Source: Candidatus Omnitrophota bacterium (lineage in GTDB: Bacteria > Omnitrophota > Gorgyraeia > JAHJTE01). Taken from it: a DNA stretch of 64,000 nucleotides. Of the stretch, positions 18,598-29,623 are shown in pieces. Position 1 is the stretch's first letter, and every line of letters begins with the position of its first letter. Under the pieces are notes generated by a model that was given only the letters and a program-made list of their open reading frames with translations, was not told the DNA's origin and made no database searches. Both the position numbers and the translations under genes were made by a program. The DNA lies in the NCBI GenBank assembly GCA_018830005.1, contig JAHJTE010000003.1, positions 199,674 to 263,673 on the forward strand, given 5' to 3'.

Positions 18598-19662
18598 TTA
18601 TAACCACTTTTTTCTTTTAAAGTAAATTAACATGTAAGCGCCGCTTAAAAACATAACAGCTAATACGCCAAAATATCCCCATCTCCAACTTAACTCTGGC
18701 ATATATTGAAAATTCATTCCATAAACTCCGGCAATAAAAGTAATTGGAATAAATATAGTGGCGATAATAGTCAGGACCTTCATTACCTCATTCATTTTAT
18801 TACTCACGCTTGATAAATAAATATCCAGCATGCTTGAGCTCATATCTCTGAATGTTTCTATTACATCAATAACCTGAATTGCATGGTCATATACATCCCT
18901 TAAAAAAACGCCAGTCTGCTTTTTAATTAGTTTAGACTCTGTCCTTTCCAATCTGTTAACCACTTCCCTTAAAGGAAAAATTGATTTACGCAAGAATATG
19001 ACATCGCTTTTTAAATCGTGAATTGCCTGCAAGGTCTTAGGTACGGGGTTAGTCAACGCCCTGCCTTCCATTGACTCAATATTTTCGCCTATTCTCTCTA
19101 AGATAGCATAATAGCCATCAACTACTGCATCAAGTAAGCTATAAGCAAGGTAATCTGCGCCCATCTTGCGTATACGCCCCTTGGCATGACGTATCCTTTC
19201 CCTTATTTGGTTGAAACAATCCCCCTCTTTCTCCTGAAAAGAAATTACAAAGTTGGTTCCGACAATTAAACTTACTTGTTCTGCCCTTATATCTTTGTCT
19301 TTTTCGTCGACATAAAGCATCTTTAATACAATGAATATATAATTATCAAAGTCTTCTAGTTTTGGACGCTGACCAGTATTTACGATATCCTCTAAAGTAA
19401 GAGGGTGCAGCTGAAAGCACTCTCCGATTTTCTCTATAACATCAATCCTATGTATTCCATCTATATTAATCCAAGTGACTGTAGGAGTGTCCTTAAAAGA
19501 AAAGCATTCTTGCGCTTCCTTGGCCACCTTCTCTTGAAACTGTGTCTCGCTATAGTCAATAACTGTAATTTTCACTTCTCCTTCCCTCTTATCGCCTATA
19601 TGAACTAAAGTCCCTGGCGCAAGACCGGCGGCTTTTGACAATTTCTTAATAAGTTTTGGCAT
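18598..19662 (-). CDS. corA: Magnesium/cobalt transporter CorA
   Basis: 354 aa. Signature YGMNF in GVYGMNFQYMPE followed by two C-terminal TM helices. Confidence 0.9.
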   Translation of the reverse strand: MPKLIKKLSKAAGLAPGTLVHIGDKREGEVKITVIDYSETQFQEKVAKEAQECFSFKDTPTVTWINIDGIHRIDVIEKIGECFQLHPLTLEDIVNTGQRPKLEDFDNYIFIVLKMLYVDEKDKDIRAEQVSLIVGTNFVISFQEKEGDCFNQIRERIRHAKGRIRKMGADYLAYSLLDAVVDGYYAILERIGENIESMEGRALTNPVPKTLQAIHDLKSDVIFLRKSIFPLREVVNRLERTESKLIKKQTGVFLRDVYDHAIQVIDVIETFRDMSSSMLDIYLSSVSNKMNEVMKVLTIIATIFIPITFIAGVYGMNFQYMPELSWRWGYFGVLAVMFLSGAYMLIYFKRKKWL

Positions 19663-19978
19663 TTTTATCCCCTCTTTAAATATTTATAGAAACACTACTA
19701 TTCCTCTTTTCATTCTCTGTCTCCCTGTTTTTTTAATTATACTCCTGAAATGGGTAGTTAGAAAGGTGAAAATTTGGTGTCTATAAAAATGGTCGTTAAT
19801 TGGACACAAGAAACAATTAATTTCGCAATGGTATTTGTAACTACTTGGAAAGCAATGAATCAGGAGTGGTAAAAGATAATAATTTATTGGTGGCGGCGTC
19901 GTTTCGGTTTGCTCGGCTTGTCGCCTCGCGAAAGCCTCCACGGCATCCGTTAAATTTTTGCTTGTCGTAAAAATTTAA

Positions 19979-20065
19979 CGGAGAGGGAGGGATTCGAACC
20001 CCCGGTGGACTTACGCCCACAACAGTTTTCAAGACTGCCGCTTTCGACCGCTCAGCCACCTCTCC
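19979..20065 (-). tRNA. tRNA-Ser (anticodon TGA)
   Basis: Acceptor GGAGAGG/CCTCTCC, anticodon stem GCAGT/ACTGT with loop CTTGAAA, long variable arm, GGTTCGAATCC. Confidence 0.85.
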
Positions 20066-20123
20066 AAAAATTTCTAAGAAATTCTTTAACTTCCCATCTC
20101 TTAAATAAGATGGAAGATCTATA

Positions 20124-20771
20124 CTAAGCAAATAATTGCCTGAATATATTCTGATATATTACTAAAGATCCACTGCCGGCCTGACTTAAAAATTCTAAAA
20201 ACGAGAATTTATCAAACATGAAATGCAGGCCTGCAGCGAGCATCAAGATATTAACCAAATAGATAATCGTGAAACCAAAAAAGTAATTCGCTCTGGCTAG
20301 GCCTACTTCCTTATCGCGTAATTCTTCCGCTGTTATTACAAGATGGAAAGTCAGACTAGAAGAGATAAAGAATAAAAATATATTAGCCCCTGGATTAAGA
20401 CTAAAAGCGAGCTTTAGAATAAGAAAACAGCTAATAACAAGTATAGAATAAATTGGCAAAAGATATGGGGCCACTTTTACCAGGGGTGAAAAAAAACCGA
20501 ATAGAAACCGCAATATCAACTGTCCTCTTCTATAGAATGAAATGGGCCTGTAAATGAAAAAATGTAAAATAATATAAGAGATAATCCCATAGAAAAAACA
20601 TTGCGAAGAATTTCCGCCTAAAGAAGAAAGCCTATCCCGAAAAGAAACTGTTAGAGAAATAATCAATGGAATAGAAACAAAGGCTAGTGTCAGCTTTAAT
20701 ATAAGAGCACTAAGGCGAGAAAAGGCCCGGGTTTGAGCCGTTACTTTATTTGCTAATTCTTGTCTTCCCAT
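20124..20771 (-). CDS. Hypothetical polytopic membrane protein
   Basis: 215 aa, about 6 TM segments, no recognisable motif. Confidence 0.4.
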   Translation of the reverse strand: MGRQELANKVTAQTRAFSRLSALILKLTLAFVSIPLIISLTVSFRDRLSSLGGNSSQCFFYGIISYIILHFFIYRPISFYRRGQLILRFLFGFFSPLVKVAPYLLPIYSILVISCFLILKLAFSLNPGANIFLFFISSSLTFHLVITAEELRDKEVGLARANYFFGFTIIYLVNILMLAAGLHFMFDKFSFLEFLSQAGSGSLVIYQNIFRQLFA

Positions 20772-22017
20772 CCATATAAGGGATTAAGGCTTCCGGAATC
20801 TTGATTGAGCCGTCAGCCTGCTGGTAATTTTCTAAAATTGCAATCATTGTCCTGGCTGTGGCAATACCAGAGCCATTGAGAGTGTGTACATAGGATAACT
20901 TCTTATCAGAGGTCCGTCTATACTGAATATTGGCTCTCCTGGCCTGAAAATCTGTAAAATTAGAACAACTTGATACCTCTAAGTATGTATCGCTCCCCTT
21001 TGCATAGGCCTCAAGATCATAGCATTTAGTTGCGGCAAAGCTTAAATCCTGTGTTGAAAGCAAGACCAATCTATAAGGTAGGCCTAATAATTGCAAGACC
21101 TTCTCTGCATCAAGAACCAGTTTTTCTAGCTCACCGTAAGAATCTTCTGGCTTTACAAATTTGACCATTTCTACCTTATTGAATTGATGAACGCGTGTAA
21201 GCCCTTTTGTATCTTTGCCGTATGAACCTGCCTCGCGCCGGAAACAAGCAGTGTAAGCTGTATAATAAATCGGTAAATCAGCCTCTTTCAACACCTCATC
21301 TCTATGCATGTTTGTAACCGGTACTTCTGCCGTAGGGATAAGGAATAAATCATCATCTTTTAGATGATACATATCTTCTTCTAATTTTGGAAGCTGGCCT
21401 GTGCCAGTCATTGCAGCCCGGTTAACAAGAAATGGCGGAAAAATTTCAGTGTAGCCGCCTTCCTTAGTGTGTAAATCAAGCATAAAATTAATCAGGGCAC
21501 GTTCAAGCCTTGCGCCATCCTTTTTATAGAGGATAAAGTTTGAACCGGAAATCTTTGCTGCTCGATTAAAATCAATAATATCCAGATGCTCAACAATTTG
21601 CAAATGAGTCAATGGCTTAAAATCAAATTTTTCGATCTTACCCCAGCTGCGAACAACCTTATTCTTCTTGGCATCTCCAACAGGCAAGGATTCATGGGGG
21701 ATATTGGGGACATTTAAAAGTAGCCCTTTTAATTTACCATTAATCTCTCTTGTCTGCGCCTCTAATTTGCTAATCTCTTCTGCTACGACCTTCATTTTTT
21801 TAATTTTTCCCTTGGGGTCTTTCTTTTGTTTCAAAAGAGCTGTTATCTCATTATTTGCTTCATTTTTTTTCTGACGCAAACTATCGAGTTTTTGTATTCT
21901 ATCCCTGCGTGTCTCATCCGCTTTAAGCAAAACATCAATATCTAGCTTCATGCCGCGATTTTTTATCGCCTTTTTAATTATGTCTGGATTACTTCTGATA
22001 AATTTTATATCTAACAT
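20746..22017 (-). CDS. serS: Seryl-tRNA synthetase
   Basis: N-terminal [12 protein letters not shown] (likely true start at 22017) followed by a coiled coil. Class II motifs FRRE and GSG..TAR. Confidence 0.9.
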   Translation of the reverse strand: MLDIKFIRSNPDIIKKAIKNRGMKLDIDVLLKADETRRDRIQKLDSLRQKKNEANNEITALLKQKKDPKGKIKKMKVVAEEISKLEAQTREINGKLKGLLLNVPNIPHESLPVGDAKKNKVVRSWGKIEKFDFKPLTHLQIVEHLDIIDFNRAAKISGSNFILYKKDGARLERALINFMLDLHTKEGGYTEIFPPFLVNRAAMTGTGQLPKLEEDMYHLKDDDLFLIPTAEVPVTNMHRDEVLKEADLPIYYTAYTACFRREAGSYGKDTKGLTRVHQFNKVEMVKFVKPEDSYGELEKLVLDAEKVLQLLGLPYRLVLLSTQDLSFAATKCYDLEAYAKGSDTYLEVSSCSNFTDFQARRANIQYRRTSDKKLSYVHTLNGSGIATARTMIAILENYQQADGSIKIPEALIPYMDGKTRISK

Positions 22018-22019
22018 TT

Positions 22020-23483
22020 TTACCCCTTTATAACGCCTAACGGCCGCATTCTGCATACCTTCTTGGCAATGCCAGCCCTATGCACTACATCTACAACATC
22101 ATTAACATCTTTATATGCTCCCGGCGCCTCTTCTGCAATTGTGCCGCGACTGGAAGCCATTACAACAATGCCTTTTTTCTTTAACTCCTGAACCAATTCA
22201 GAAGCATTATAATTCCTTTTTGCCTCATGCCTGCTTTTAAGACGGCCAGCCCCGTGACATGAACTGCCAAATGTTTCGTCCATTGCCTTCGCCGTACCAA
22301 CCAACAAGTATGAATTCCTGCCCATGTCTCCTGGGATTATAACTGGCTGACCCATGTCTTTATAATCACTGGTTAATGCAGGATGACCTGGCCCAAAGGC
22401 ACGCGTTGCTCCTTTTCGATGAACGCAGAGTTCCCTATCTTTACCATTAACCTTATGGGTTTCAATCTTAGCAATATTGTGGGCAACATCATAGATTAAG
22501 TTCATGCCCATCGAAGCATATGACTTATTAAACACTCTTTCAAATACCCCTCGCGCCAAATACATAAGGCACTGCCTGTTTGCCCAAGCGTAATTTGCCG
22601 CACATTTCATAGCTGCCAAGTATGACCTTCCTTCCACAGAATTAACCGGTGCACAAACTAGTTGTCTATCAGGAACTTTTATATTGTATTTGTTTAACGC
22701 GGGCATTAATCTCTTTATGTAATCATCACAGACCTGATAGCCAAAACCACGTGAGCCAGAATGAATCATTAAAGTAATCTGGCCCTTAAAGAGATTTAGT
22801 CTATTAGCTATTGTATCATCATAAATCTCATCAATCATCTGGATTTCCATAAAATGATTTCCAGAGCCCAAAGTACCGGACTGTGCCTTACCTCTTTCAA
22901 AGGCCCTCTCTGAAATCATATCCGGATCAGCGCCAGTCATCTCGCCTCTTTCCTCTGTGTGAGCTAAATCCTCATCGCTGCCAAATCCCTCCTCCACTGC
23001 CCAGCGCGCACCCTTAACTAGAATCTGCCTTTCCTCTCTTTGGCTGACTCGAATCTGACCTTTTGAACCAACCCCAGAAGGTACATTTTGGAAAAGAGCA
23101 ATTACTAACGTCTCTAATTTACTTTTTATATCTTCAAAAGTGAAATTTGAGCGCAATAATCTGACGCCGCAGTTGATGTCAAAACCTACGCCGCCAGGCG
23201 AAATAACTCCATCTGCCTCAATATCTGTCGCTGCTACACCGCCAATTGGAAACCCATATCCCCAGTGGATATCAGGCATAGCAAGTGAGGCCTTAACAAT
23301 CCCCGGCAGAAAGGCAACGTTAGCAACCTGTTCTGCTGCCTGATCATTGCGAATATCTTTGATTAGCTTTTCATCAGCATAAATAATGCCCGGCACACGC
23401 ATACCAAACTTATAACTCTTTGGTATACGCCAGCAGTAATCATCAATTTTTTCTATCGGGCCTTGCCAGGTTTTGCCACCCAT
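22020..23483 (-). CDS. rtcB: RNA-splicing ligase RtcB (3'-phosphate/5'-OH RNA ligase)
   Basis: 487 aa with conserved [17 protein letters not shown] and SSCHGAGR motifs. Confidence 0.9.
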   Translation of the reverse strand: MGGKTWQGPIEKIDDYCWRIPKSYKFGMRVPGIIYADEKLIKDIRNDQAAEQVANVAFLPGIVKASLAMPDIHWGYGFPIGGVAATDIEADGVISPGGVGFDINCGVRLLRSNFTFEDIKSKLETLVIALFQNVPSGVGSKGQIRVSQREERQILVKGARWAVEEGFGSDEDLAHTEERGEMTGADPDMISERAFERGKAQSGTLGSGNHFMEIQMIDEIYDDTIANRLNLFKGQITLMIHSGSRGFGYQVCDDYIKRLMPALNKYNIKVPDRQLVCAPVNSVEGRSYLAAMKCAANYAWANRQCLMYLARGVFERVFNKSYASMGMNLIYDVAHNIAKIETHKVNGKDRELCVHRKGATRAFGPGHPALTSDYKDMGQPVIIPGDMGRNSYLLVGTAKAMDETFGSSCHGAGRLKSRHEAKRNYNASELVQELKKKGIVVMASSRGTIAEEAPGAYKDVNDVVDVVHRAGIAKKVCRMRPLGVIKG

Positions 23484-23493
23484 AAGCTATTCT

Positions 23494-23910
23494 TTATATG
23501 TCAAAAATCAGCTGCGCCTGCCAACAATTATCTTTTTTAACTACTTCCAGCATATGATAGGTAACTGCTTTAATTTCAGTCTCTATCGAATAATTTCCTA
23601 AATCGGTTCCGACAGCAACAGCCTTTATATGCCTTTGGTCTAATTCTTCTATATTAAATGTTTCAAAAACTATATTCTTGATAGAGGATAAGAATAACAA
23701 CTCTCCCAACCACTCAACTAAAAGATCCTCAACGCTCTCTGCTTGCTTCTCTATCTCAAATTTTTGGCTTTTGCCTGTCGAGTCTCGTTTCTTACCAACT
23801 ATAATATCAAACATCCCAACTGCAGCATTGGAAAATAACCCTTTCAGGTCTTCTCCATATGCCTTAATGCCAATATCAGCAGTGTGCTCGATAATTTCGT
23901 ATTTTTTCAC
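23494..23910 (-). CDS. Archease (RtcB activator)
   Basis: 138 aa. N-terminal EIIEHTADIGIKAYGEDL is the archease signature. Immediately downstream of rtcB. Confidence 0.85.
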   Translation of the reverse strand: MKKYEIIEHTADIGIKAYGEDLKGLFSNAAVGMFDIIVGKKRDSTGKSQKFEIEKQAESVEDLLVEWLGELLFLSSIKNIVFETFNIEELDQRHIKAVAVGTDLGNYSIETEIKAVTYHMLEVVKKDNCWQAQLIFDI

Positions 23911-24011
23911 TTTCTTTGCCCCTCGCCTAAACGCTTGTAAATTTTTGACGCTTTGCGTCTAACATTGATTAGGTAGGCTTCGGGATGATTTTTCGCTTTG
24001 CAAAAAATCTA

Positions 24012-24084
24012 TGGGCCACGAAGGAGTCGAACCTTCGACCTTGACATTAAGAGTGTCCTGCTCTACCGATTGAGCTAGTGGCCC
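24012..24084 (-). tRNA. tRNA-Lys (anticodon CTT)
   Basis: Acceptor GGGCCAC/GTGGCCC, anticodon loop CTCTTAA, GGTTCGACTCC. Confidence 0.8.
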
Positions 24085-24137
24085 ATTTGCAATATTATAA
24101 ACTAATTATCTAAAACTATCAACGCTTTAACTTACAA

Positions 24138-24608
24138 CTACTTCTTTATTTTCAAGCTAGACGCCTTACCTATCCTCTCCTGCAAGAACCCCATAGGACA
24201 TATTGCACACCAGCCTCTATGCCTTGTTATAATACCTAGGATAATTGCAATAACGGTTGTCAACAAACACATCAAAACAAAGACCGAGCCAATAAGAATT
24301 GGATTTTGGCCTGCGCGAATGAGACGAAATATCAGAAAACTCATAAACAAGATAAACAAAGAATAACGAAACCACTGCTTCAGGAATATCTTAGGCAAAG
24401 GTCTTTTTAGGCTAATCTTGGATAGAACAATATCCAAAAAAGCTCCCCGCGGGCATAGATTCCAGCACCAGTAACGGCCTTTAAAAAAGGATAACGTAAG
24501 AAAAAATACCATCATCGCAACAACAAGATAGCCCAGGATAGGAACAAATAGTCCTCCTATTACGATAAGCGGCAAAAACCACATCATTATCCACTGGCTC
24601 TTTTTCAT
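24138..24608 (-). CDS. NapH/MauN-like membrane protein with two R-x-W-C-x3-CP-x-G motifs (putative Fe-S-binding membrane protein)
   Basis: 156 aa. Motifs RYWCWNLCPRGAF and RGWCAICPMGFL lie between TM helices. Confidence 0.45.
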   Translation of the reverse strand: MKKSQWIMMWFLPLIVIGGLFVPILGYLVVAMMVFFLTLSFFKGRYWCWNLCPRGAFLDIVLSKISLKRPLPKIFLKQWFRYSLFILFMSFLIFRLIRAGQNPILIGSVFVLMCLLTTVIAIILGIITRHRGWCAICPMGFLQERIGKASSLKIKK

Positions 24609-24646
24609 ATAAACTGCGCTCCTTGCATGAAAAAATCTCTGTCTTT

Positions 24647-24871
24647 CTAGTTGCTGCTCATTACTTTTACTATTGCTGTGGCGATTATAGCCAATATTGC
24701 GGCAATAAAGAGAATAATGGTCTTGTATTTAGTCCAGCGCTTGCGGCTTGCCTCATAGCCTGCGCCGTATACATTCTCGGGCCTATTGCAGCCTACGCGC
24801 CATCCTACAATCAGATTAAGGCTATAAGCAATGATAAAGTATAGAACGCAAAATAAAATAAAGATTTTCAT
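24647..24871 (-). CDS. Small membrane protein, hypothetical
   Basis: 74 aa, two TM helices, co-oriented with neighbours. An overlapping plus-strand ORF was rejected. Confidence 0.3.
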   Translation of the reverse strand: MKIFILFCVLYFIIAYSLNLIVGWRVGCNRPENVYGAGYEASRKRWTKYKTIILFIAAILAIIATAIVKVMSSN

Positions 24872-24888
24872 TGTTTAGCTATCAACAA

Positions 24889-24962
24889 CGCGCCTGGCAG
24901 GACTTGAACCTGCAACGCTCAGTTCCGAAGACTGACGCTCTATCCAATTGAGCTACAGGCGC
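24889..24962 (-). tRNA. tRNA-Arg (anticodon TCG)
   Basis: Acceptor GCGCCTG/CAGGCGC, anticodon stem TCAGT/ACTGA with loop CTTCGGA, GGTTCAAGTCC. Confidence 0.8.
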
Positions 24963-25076
24963 ATTTCCTCATTACTTATAACACACTAAGGCCAAAAACC
25001 TCAAAATTAAAGGAATAGGCCTCTGTCTGGAAACCTATTCCTTAATTATAAGCTGAAATTTAATAAAATTAAAGAA

Positions 25077-25892
25077 TTAAACTGCAGTTATTGCTATATT
25101 AAATCTATTGGCTAAATTGACTGCCTTTTCGCTTTCGATGACAACGGTCCTGCCTGCCTCAATCCCTATTGCAGTCGCACCAACAGCCTTCATAAGTTTT
25201 ATTGTTTCAGGCCCTATAACAGGGACATCAAAACGCATATCCTGATTCGGCCTGCTTACCTTTACTACAACTGTACCCTTGCCAACTAATCTAGCAGCAC
25301 GCCTTATTGTAGCGTTGGTCCCTTCAAAGGCCTCAACAGCAATAATACACTTGTCCTTAATAACAACGCTCTGGCCTATATCTAAACCTGCGATCCTCTT
25401 TGCAATATCTAATCCAAAATTAATATCATCTGATTCTTCTCTTGAAGGATTCCTTGCAGTCAAGACTCCTTTTTGAGGCAAATCTTTCTCATTCAAAAAA
25501 GAGGTTGAATCTATCAACTCTATTGACTGCCTAGAGAGTAAATCCGCAATAGCAGAAAATATAGTATCTGCCTTCTTATTGGAGATATTAGCTAACAGAT
25601 GCCTTAACTCCTCGTCCCAGTTAATCCTTTTATCAAAAAGTCGACGTGGACTAATCTGACCTGCCATGACAGCGCGATTTATGCCTTTTGATTTAAAGAA
25701 CTTTACCATTTTCTTAAATTGCCCGACCTCGACCCAAAGCATATCATCAACTATTGTCTTTAATCCTGGCTTTGTCTCCCCTTTAACTGCCGCAGCAAAG
25801 ACTTTATAGCCCTTAGTCTTGGCAGCAGAGGAAAACATTAAAGGGAATGCTCCGTTTCCAGCAATTAAACCAATCGAGCCTTCTATCGACAT
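25077..25892 (-). CDS. lpxI: UDP-2,3-diacylglucosamine hydrolase LpxI (DUF1009)
   Basis: 271 aa. N-terminal IGLIAGNGAFP matches the LpxI signature. Located directly downstream of lpxA as in LpxI-using bacteria. Confidence 0.7.
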   Translation of the reverse strand: MSIEGSIGLIAGNGAFPLMFSSAAKTKGYKVFAAAVKGETKPGLKTIVDDMLWVEVGQFKKMVKFFKSKGINRAVMAGQISPRRLFDKRINWDEELRHLLANISNKKADTIFSAIADLLSRQSIELIDSTSFLNEKDLPQKGVLTARNPSREESDDINFGLDIAKRIAGLDIGQSVVIKDKCIIAVEAFEGTNATIRRAARLVGKGTVVVKVSRPNQDMRFDVPVIGPETIKLMKAVGATAIGIEAGRTVVIESEKAVNLANRFNIAITAV

Positions 25893-26653
25893 ACGCCTCT
25901 TTTAGAGTTTTTTATGAAATCAATAAGATAGGATATACTCTGACTAACGCGAATTTGAGCCTTAACTTTTTCGATGGCATGAGGAAAGCTTAATTTTGAC
26001 ATGAACAGTATCTTGAACGACTTTTTTAACTGCATAATTTCTTCCTGACTAACTCCGTTCCTCTTAAGGCCGACCATATTTATTCCGTAGACGCGGGTAG
26101 GATGACCATCGCAGGTTGAGAAAGGAGGAATATCCTGAACAACTTTTGAACAACCGCCAATTATAGATAGCCTTCCAACTGTAACGAACTGATGTACAGC
26201 AACAAGGCCGCCAATAACAGCCTTATCTTGAATAGTGACATGACCTGCTAACGTTCCGCAATTAGCAATAATACATTCATCACCTACGATACAATCGTGG
26301 GCAACATGAGAATAAGCCATAAGCAGATTATTCTTACCGATAACTGTCTTGGAACCGCTTTCCGTGCCCAAATTAACAGTGACATATTCGCGAAATATAT
26401 TATTCTCACCAATCTCTAAGTAGGTCTTCTCTCCCTGATATTTTAAATCCTGAGGGATACTGCCTAAACAAGCACCAGTAAATATCTTGCAATTTTTGCC
26501 AATGCTCGTATGACCTTCAATAACAGCATGCGCCCCGATTCTGCTACCGCTTGCAATTTTAACATCAGGACCAATAAAGCAATAAGGGCCGATTTCAACA
26601 TCATCGGTCAATTGTGCCTGTTTATCGACTATTGCTGTTTTATGAATGTCCAT
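25883..26653 (-). CDS. lpxA: UDP-N-acetylglucosamine O-acyltransferase
   Basis: 256 aa with left-handed beta-helix hexapeptide repeats and an LpxA-type C-terminal helical domain. Confidence 0.85.
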   Translation of the reverse strand: MDIHKTAIVDKQAQLTDDVEIGPYCFIGPDVKIASGSRIGAHAVIEGHTSIGKNCKIFTGACLGSIPQDLKYQGEKTYLEIGENNIFREYVTVNLGTESGSKTVIGKNNLLMAYSHVAHDCIVGDECIIANCGTLAGHVTIQDKAVIGGLVAVHQFVTVGRLSIIGGCSKVVQDIPPFSTCDGHPTRVYGINMVGLKRNGVSQEEIMQLKKSFKILFMSKLSFPHAIEKVKAQIRVSQSISYLIDFIKNSKRGVCR

Positions 26654-26673
26654 GTTGATTCCTATCTATAATT

Positions 26674-28002
26674 CTAAGCTTCCACAAGTGCAAACATCAG
26701 ATCTGCTTCAGCAACAACCTTGCCGGAAACCAAGGCCTTCGTGTGCACCTGGCCTGTCTTTTTCTTGATCCTTCCTAACTCGACTTCCAAGAATAATGTA
26801 TCACCCGGGACAACTGTCTTTCTGAATTTTACATTATCTATAGCCATAAAAAAGGCAAGTTTGCCTCTATTCTCTTGCGGATAGAGCATCAAAATCCCGG
26901 CAGTCTGCGCCATTGCCTCTACAATCAAAACACCCGGCATAAGAGGCCTACCAGGAAAATGACCAACAAAAAAGTTATCGTTCATCGTAACATTCTTAAT
27001 GCCTACGGCGCGCTTGCCCTCTTCTAATTCAACAATCCTATCCACAAAAAGGAACGGATAACGATGAGGCAATATCTGCATAATCTCTCTTGCTTCCAGA
27101 GTTGATCCTTGAAATTTAACGCTGGATGCAGAAGTAACTCCTCCTAATTCGTATCTATCCTTCTGTTGCTTAAGACGCATTAATAATTTTATATTCGAAG
27201 GGTGGCCACTTTTAAAAGCAATGATATGTCCTTTTATAGGAGAACCTAATAAACTTAAATCACCGATTAAGTCCATAATCTTATGGCGCGCAAACTCATC
27301 AGCAAAACGCAGTTTATTTTTGATTACCTCTTTATCTCCCACAACCAATGTATTTTCATAAGTTGCACCTTTTCCTAGGCCTTTGCGTTTTAAATCATCT
27401 ACCTCTTCTTCCAAGCAGAAGGTACGCGAAGGCGCAATCTCCTTTTGAAAAACTTGCGGATTTATAACAAAATCAAGACACTGTGCCCTTAAAAGGTCAT
27501 GCGGATAACTTAACGTATAAGAAATGCGAAAATCGCCAGCAGGCAAAACAGCAAGAGAGGCCTCATCCTCTTCGATCCAGATAGGCTCTTTTACGCTAAA
27601 ATATTTCCGAGGTGCTTCCTGAACAATTACACCCGCATCTTGCAAAGCCTGCATAAAATTAGTCCCGCTACCGTCTAGGCCCGGAATCTCATTATTATCT
27701 ATTTCTACAATAACATTATCGATTTCCAATCCAGAAAATACTGCCATAAGATGCTCAATAGTATGTATCTCGACTCCATTCTGACCAATGCTTGTTCTGC
27801 GCGGGTTTTTGTCAATGGATAAGATGTAATTTGCATCTGCGCGAATTACAGGTCGATTTGGCAACTCTGTGCGAACAAACAAGATTCCAGTATTTATAGG
27901 TGCGGGCTTAAACCTGACCTTTACTAAATTCCCCGTATGTAGACCTGTTCCTTTCAGACTAATCTCTTTTTTTATTGTTTTTTGCATATCCACGGATTTC
28001 AC
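26674..28002 (-). CDS. lpxC-fabZ: Bifunctional UDP-3-O-acyl-GlcNAc deacetylase / 3-hydroxyacyl-ACP dehydratase (LpxC–FabZ fusion)
   Basis: N-terminal LpxC motifs ([24 protein letters not shown]). C-terminal FabZ hot-dog motif [19 protein letters not shown]. Confidence 0.9.
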   Translation of the reverse strand: MKSVDMQKTIKKEISLKGTGLHTGNLVKVRFKPAPINTGILFVRTELPNRPVIRADANYILSIDKNPRRTSIGQNGVEIHTIEHLMAVFSGLEIDNVIVEIDNNEIPGLDGSGTNFMQALQDAGVIVQEAPRKYFSVKEPIWIEEDEASLAVLPAGDFRISYTLSYPHDLLRAQCLDFVINPQVFQKEIAPSRTFCLEEEVDDLKRKGLGKGATYENTLVVGDKEVIKNKLRFADEFARHKIMDLIGDLSLLGSPIKGHIIAFKSGHPSNIKLLMRLKQQKDRYELGGVTSASSVKFQGSTLEAREIMQILPHRYPFLFVDRIVELEEGKRAVGIKNVTMNDNFFVGHFPGRPLMPGVLIVEAMAQTAGILMLYPQENRGKLAFFMAIDNVKFRKTVVPGDTLFLEVELGRIKKKTGQVHTKALVSGKVVAEADLMFALVEA

Positions 28003-29066
28003 CTATTTTTTCGGAGTCTTTTAATCTCCTCTTTTAACTCTTTAATCTGTTTCTCTAACTCATCTATCTTATTATAAAGTTTAGGCAATCTCTGAACGCA
28101 GGCATGAATCCGCATGGCAGTAGCATAAGGCTTGGCAGGAAAACCAAAGACCTTTGTTTTAGCTGGGACAGACTTTGTCACTCCAGATCGTCCTGCCACA
28201 ATAACGTCATCGCCTACTTCAATGTGGCCAGCTAAACCTGCCTGGCCGGCCAATATTACATTCTTTCCGATTTTAGTGCTTCCGGAAATCCCTACCTGAG
28301 CCACAATTATTGAATTCTCACCCACAATAACATTATGAGCAATTTGAACAAGATTATCAATCTTCGTGCCCTTACCAATAATTGTTTTATCAAACCTTGC
28401 CCTGTCAATTGTTACGTTAGAGCCGATATCTACATCGTCCTCAATAACCACTGTTCCGATCTGGGGTATATGTTGATGTACCCCTCCAACTGTAGTAAAA
28501 CCAAAACCTTCAGAACCAATAACACTACCGCTGTGAATAACTACTCTATTGCCGATCGTGATCTTTTCTCTTATGGAAACATTGGGATATATCAGTGTCT
28601 GCTTGCCGATTTTAGTCTTAGTGCCAACGAAACAACCAGGATAAATAACTGTTGAATCTCCAATCTCGCACCCATCCTCAATAACTACATAGGCGCCAAT
28701 ACCTACATCCTTACCTAACTTGACTGCCTCTCCTATAATTGCCGCAGGATGAATACCCTTAGGCCTGACCTGTTCATCATTAGAAATAAAAGAAACTACT
28801 TTAGAAAATGCCAAGGAAGGATTTTCTACCCGAACAATGGGTTTGGAGGCACTATTTACTTCTTTATCTGTAATTATTGCCGAAGCCTTTGTATCATCCA
28901 TTAAGGCTAGATATTTAGGATTTGCTATAAATGTTATATCTCCCTTTTTGGCCTCTTTTATGCCGCAGACGCCGCTGATAGTTATGTCGGCATTGCCCAC
29001 AATCTCTCCGTCAATCAGCTTGGCAATTTCCTTTAATGTCTTGTTCAATTTAAGACTCTGTTGCAT
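27999..29066 (-). CDS. lpxD: UDP-3-O-acylglucosamine N-acyltransferase
   Basis: 355 aa with hexapeptide repeats and a C-terminal coiled-coil helix ([18 protein letters not shown]). Confidence 0.85.
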   Translation of the reverse strand: MQQSLKLNKTLKEIAKLIDGEIVGNADITISGVCGIKEAKKGDITFIANPKYLALMDDTKASAIITDKEVNSASKPIVRVENPSLAFSKVVSFISNDEQVRPKGIHPAAIIGEAVKLGKDVGIGAYVVIEDGCEIGDSTVIYPGCFVGTKTKIGKQTLIYPNVSIREKITIGNRVVIHSGSVIGSEGFGFTTVGGVHQHIPQIGTVVIEDDVDIGSNVTIDRARFDKTIIGKGTKIDNLVQIAHNVIVGENSIIVAQVGISGSTKIGKNVILAGQAGLAGHIEVGDDVIVAGRSGVTKSVPAKTKVFGFPAKPYATAMRIHACVQRLPKLYNKIDELEKQIKELKEEIKRLRKNR

Positions 29067-29068
29067 TG

Positions 29069-29575
29069 TTACTTCTTATATTTTTTGTTTAAGGTTTCTA
29101 TAATCCCGTCTGTTATGTCACTATTTTTTTGGCCATAAAGGAAGAGAGAGTCCACTAAGACAAAGGAACATGCTTCCTTCTTTGCGAGCTCCTCTGCAGA
29201 CTTTCTGATATCCGCATCAATCTCTCTCAATTTCTCATCTCTTAATTTCCGCAAATCTACACGCATCTTCTGATCAAATTCCTGCAGATTTCTGCTCTTG
29301 GTGGCAAGTTCCTTCTGTTTTTTCTCCTGCTCTTTATCTGAAAGAAGGGTAATCTTATCCTGGATTTCCTTTAATTCCTCTATCAGCTTATTTCGTTCTG
29401 ATTCCTTTGCTTTCATCTTTGTCTCAAGCTCAGCATCAAAGTCCTTGCGCTTGCTGTATTCATCCAAGATACGCATCAAATCAACAGAGCAAATCCTATC
29501 TTGCGCAAGGCAAGGATAAGAAAGAACTAAACTCAATACCAATGCTAACAGAAAAACACGTCTTGTTACTTTCAT
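29069..29575 (-). CDS. skp: Periplasmic chaperone Skp (OmpH)
   Basis: 168 aa with a signal peptide and a long charged coiled-coil. Located between bamA and lpxD. Confidence 0.8.
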   Translation of the reverse strand: MKVTRRVFLLALVLSLVLSYPCLAQDRICSVDLMRILDEYSKRKDFDAELETKMKAKESERNKLIEELKEIQDKITLLSDKEQEKKQKELATKSRNLQEFDQKMRVDLRKLRDEKLREIDADIRKSAEELAKKEACSFVLVDSLFLYGQKNSDITDGIIETLNKKYKK

Positions 29576-29623
29576 GATAATCCTCCTCCTTAAATTTCTA
29601 AAGCAACCTATATATAAACTAGA

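Noticed and set aside
19684-20131. Two overlapping minus-strand ORFs of 85 and 96 aa
   Set aside because: They run through tRNA-Ser(TGA) and the GC-rich spacer. Their composition is odd and they have no RBS, so they are spurious.
24623-24844. Plus-strand 73-aa ORF
   Set aside because: It overlaps the minus-strand small membrane-protein ORF at 24647..24871. Every other supported gene in the window is on the minus strand.
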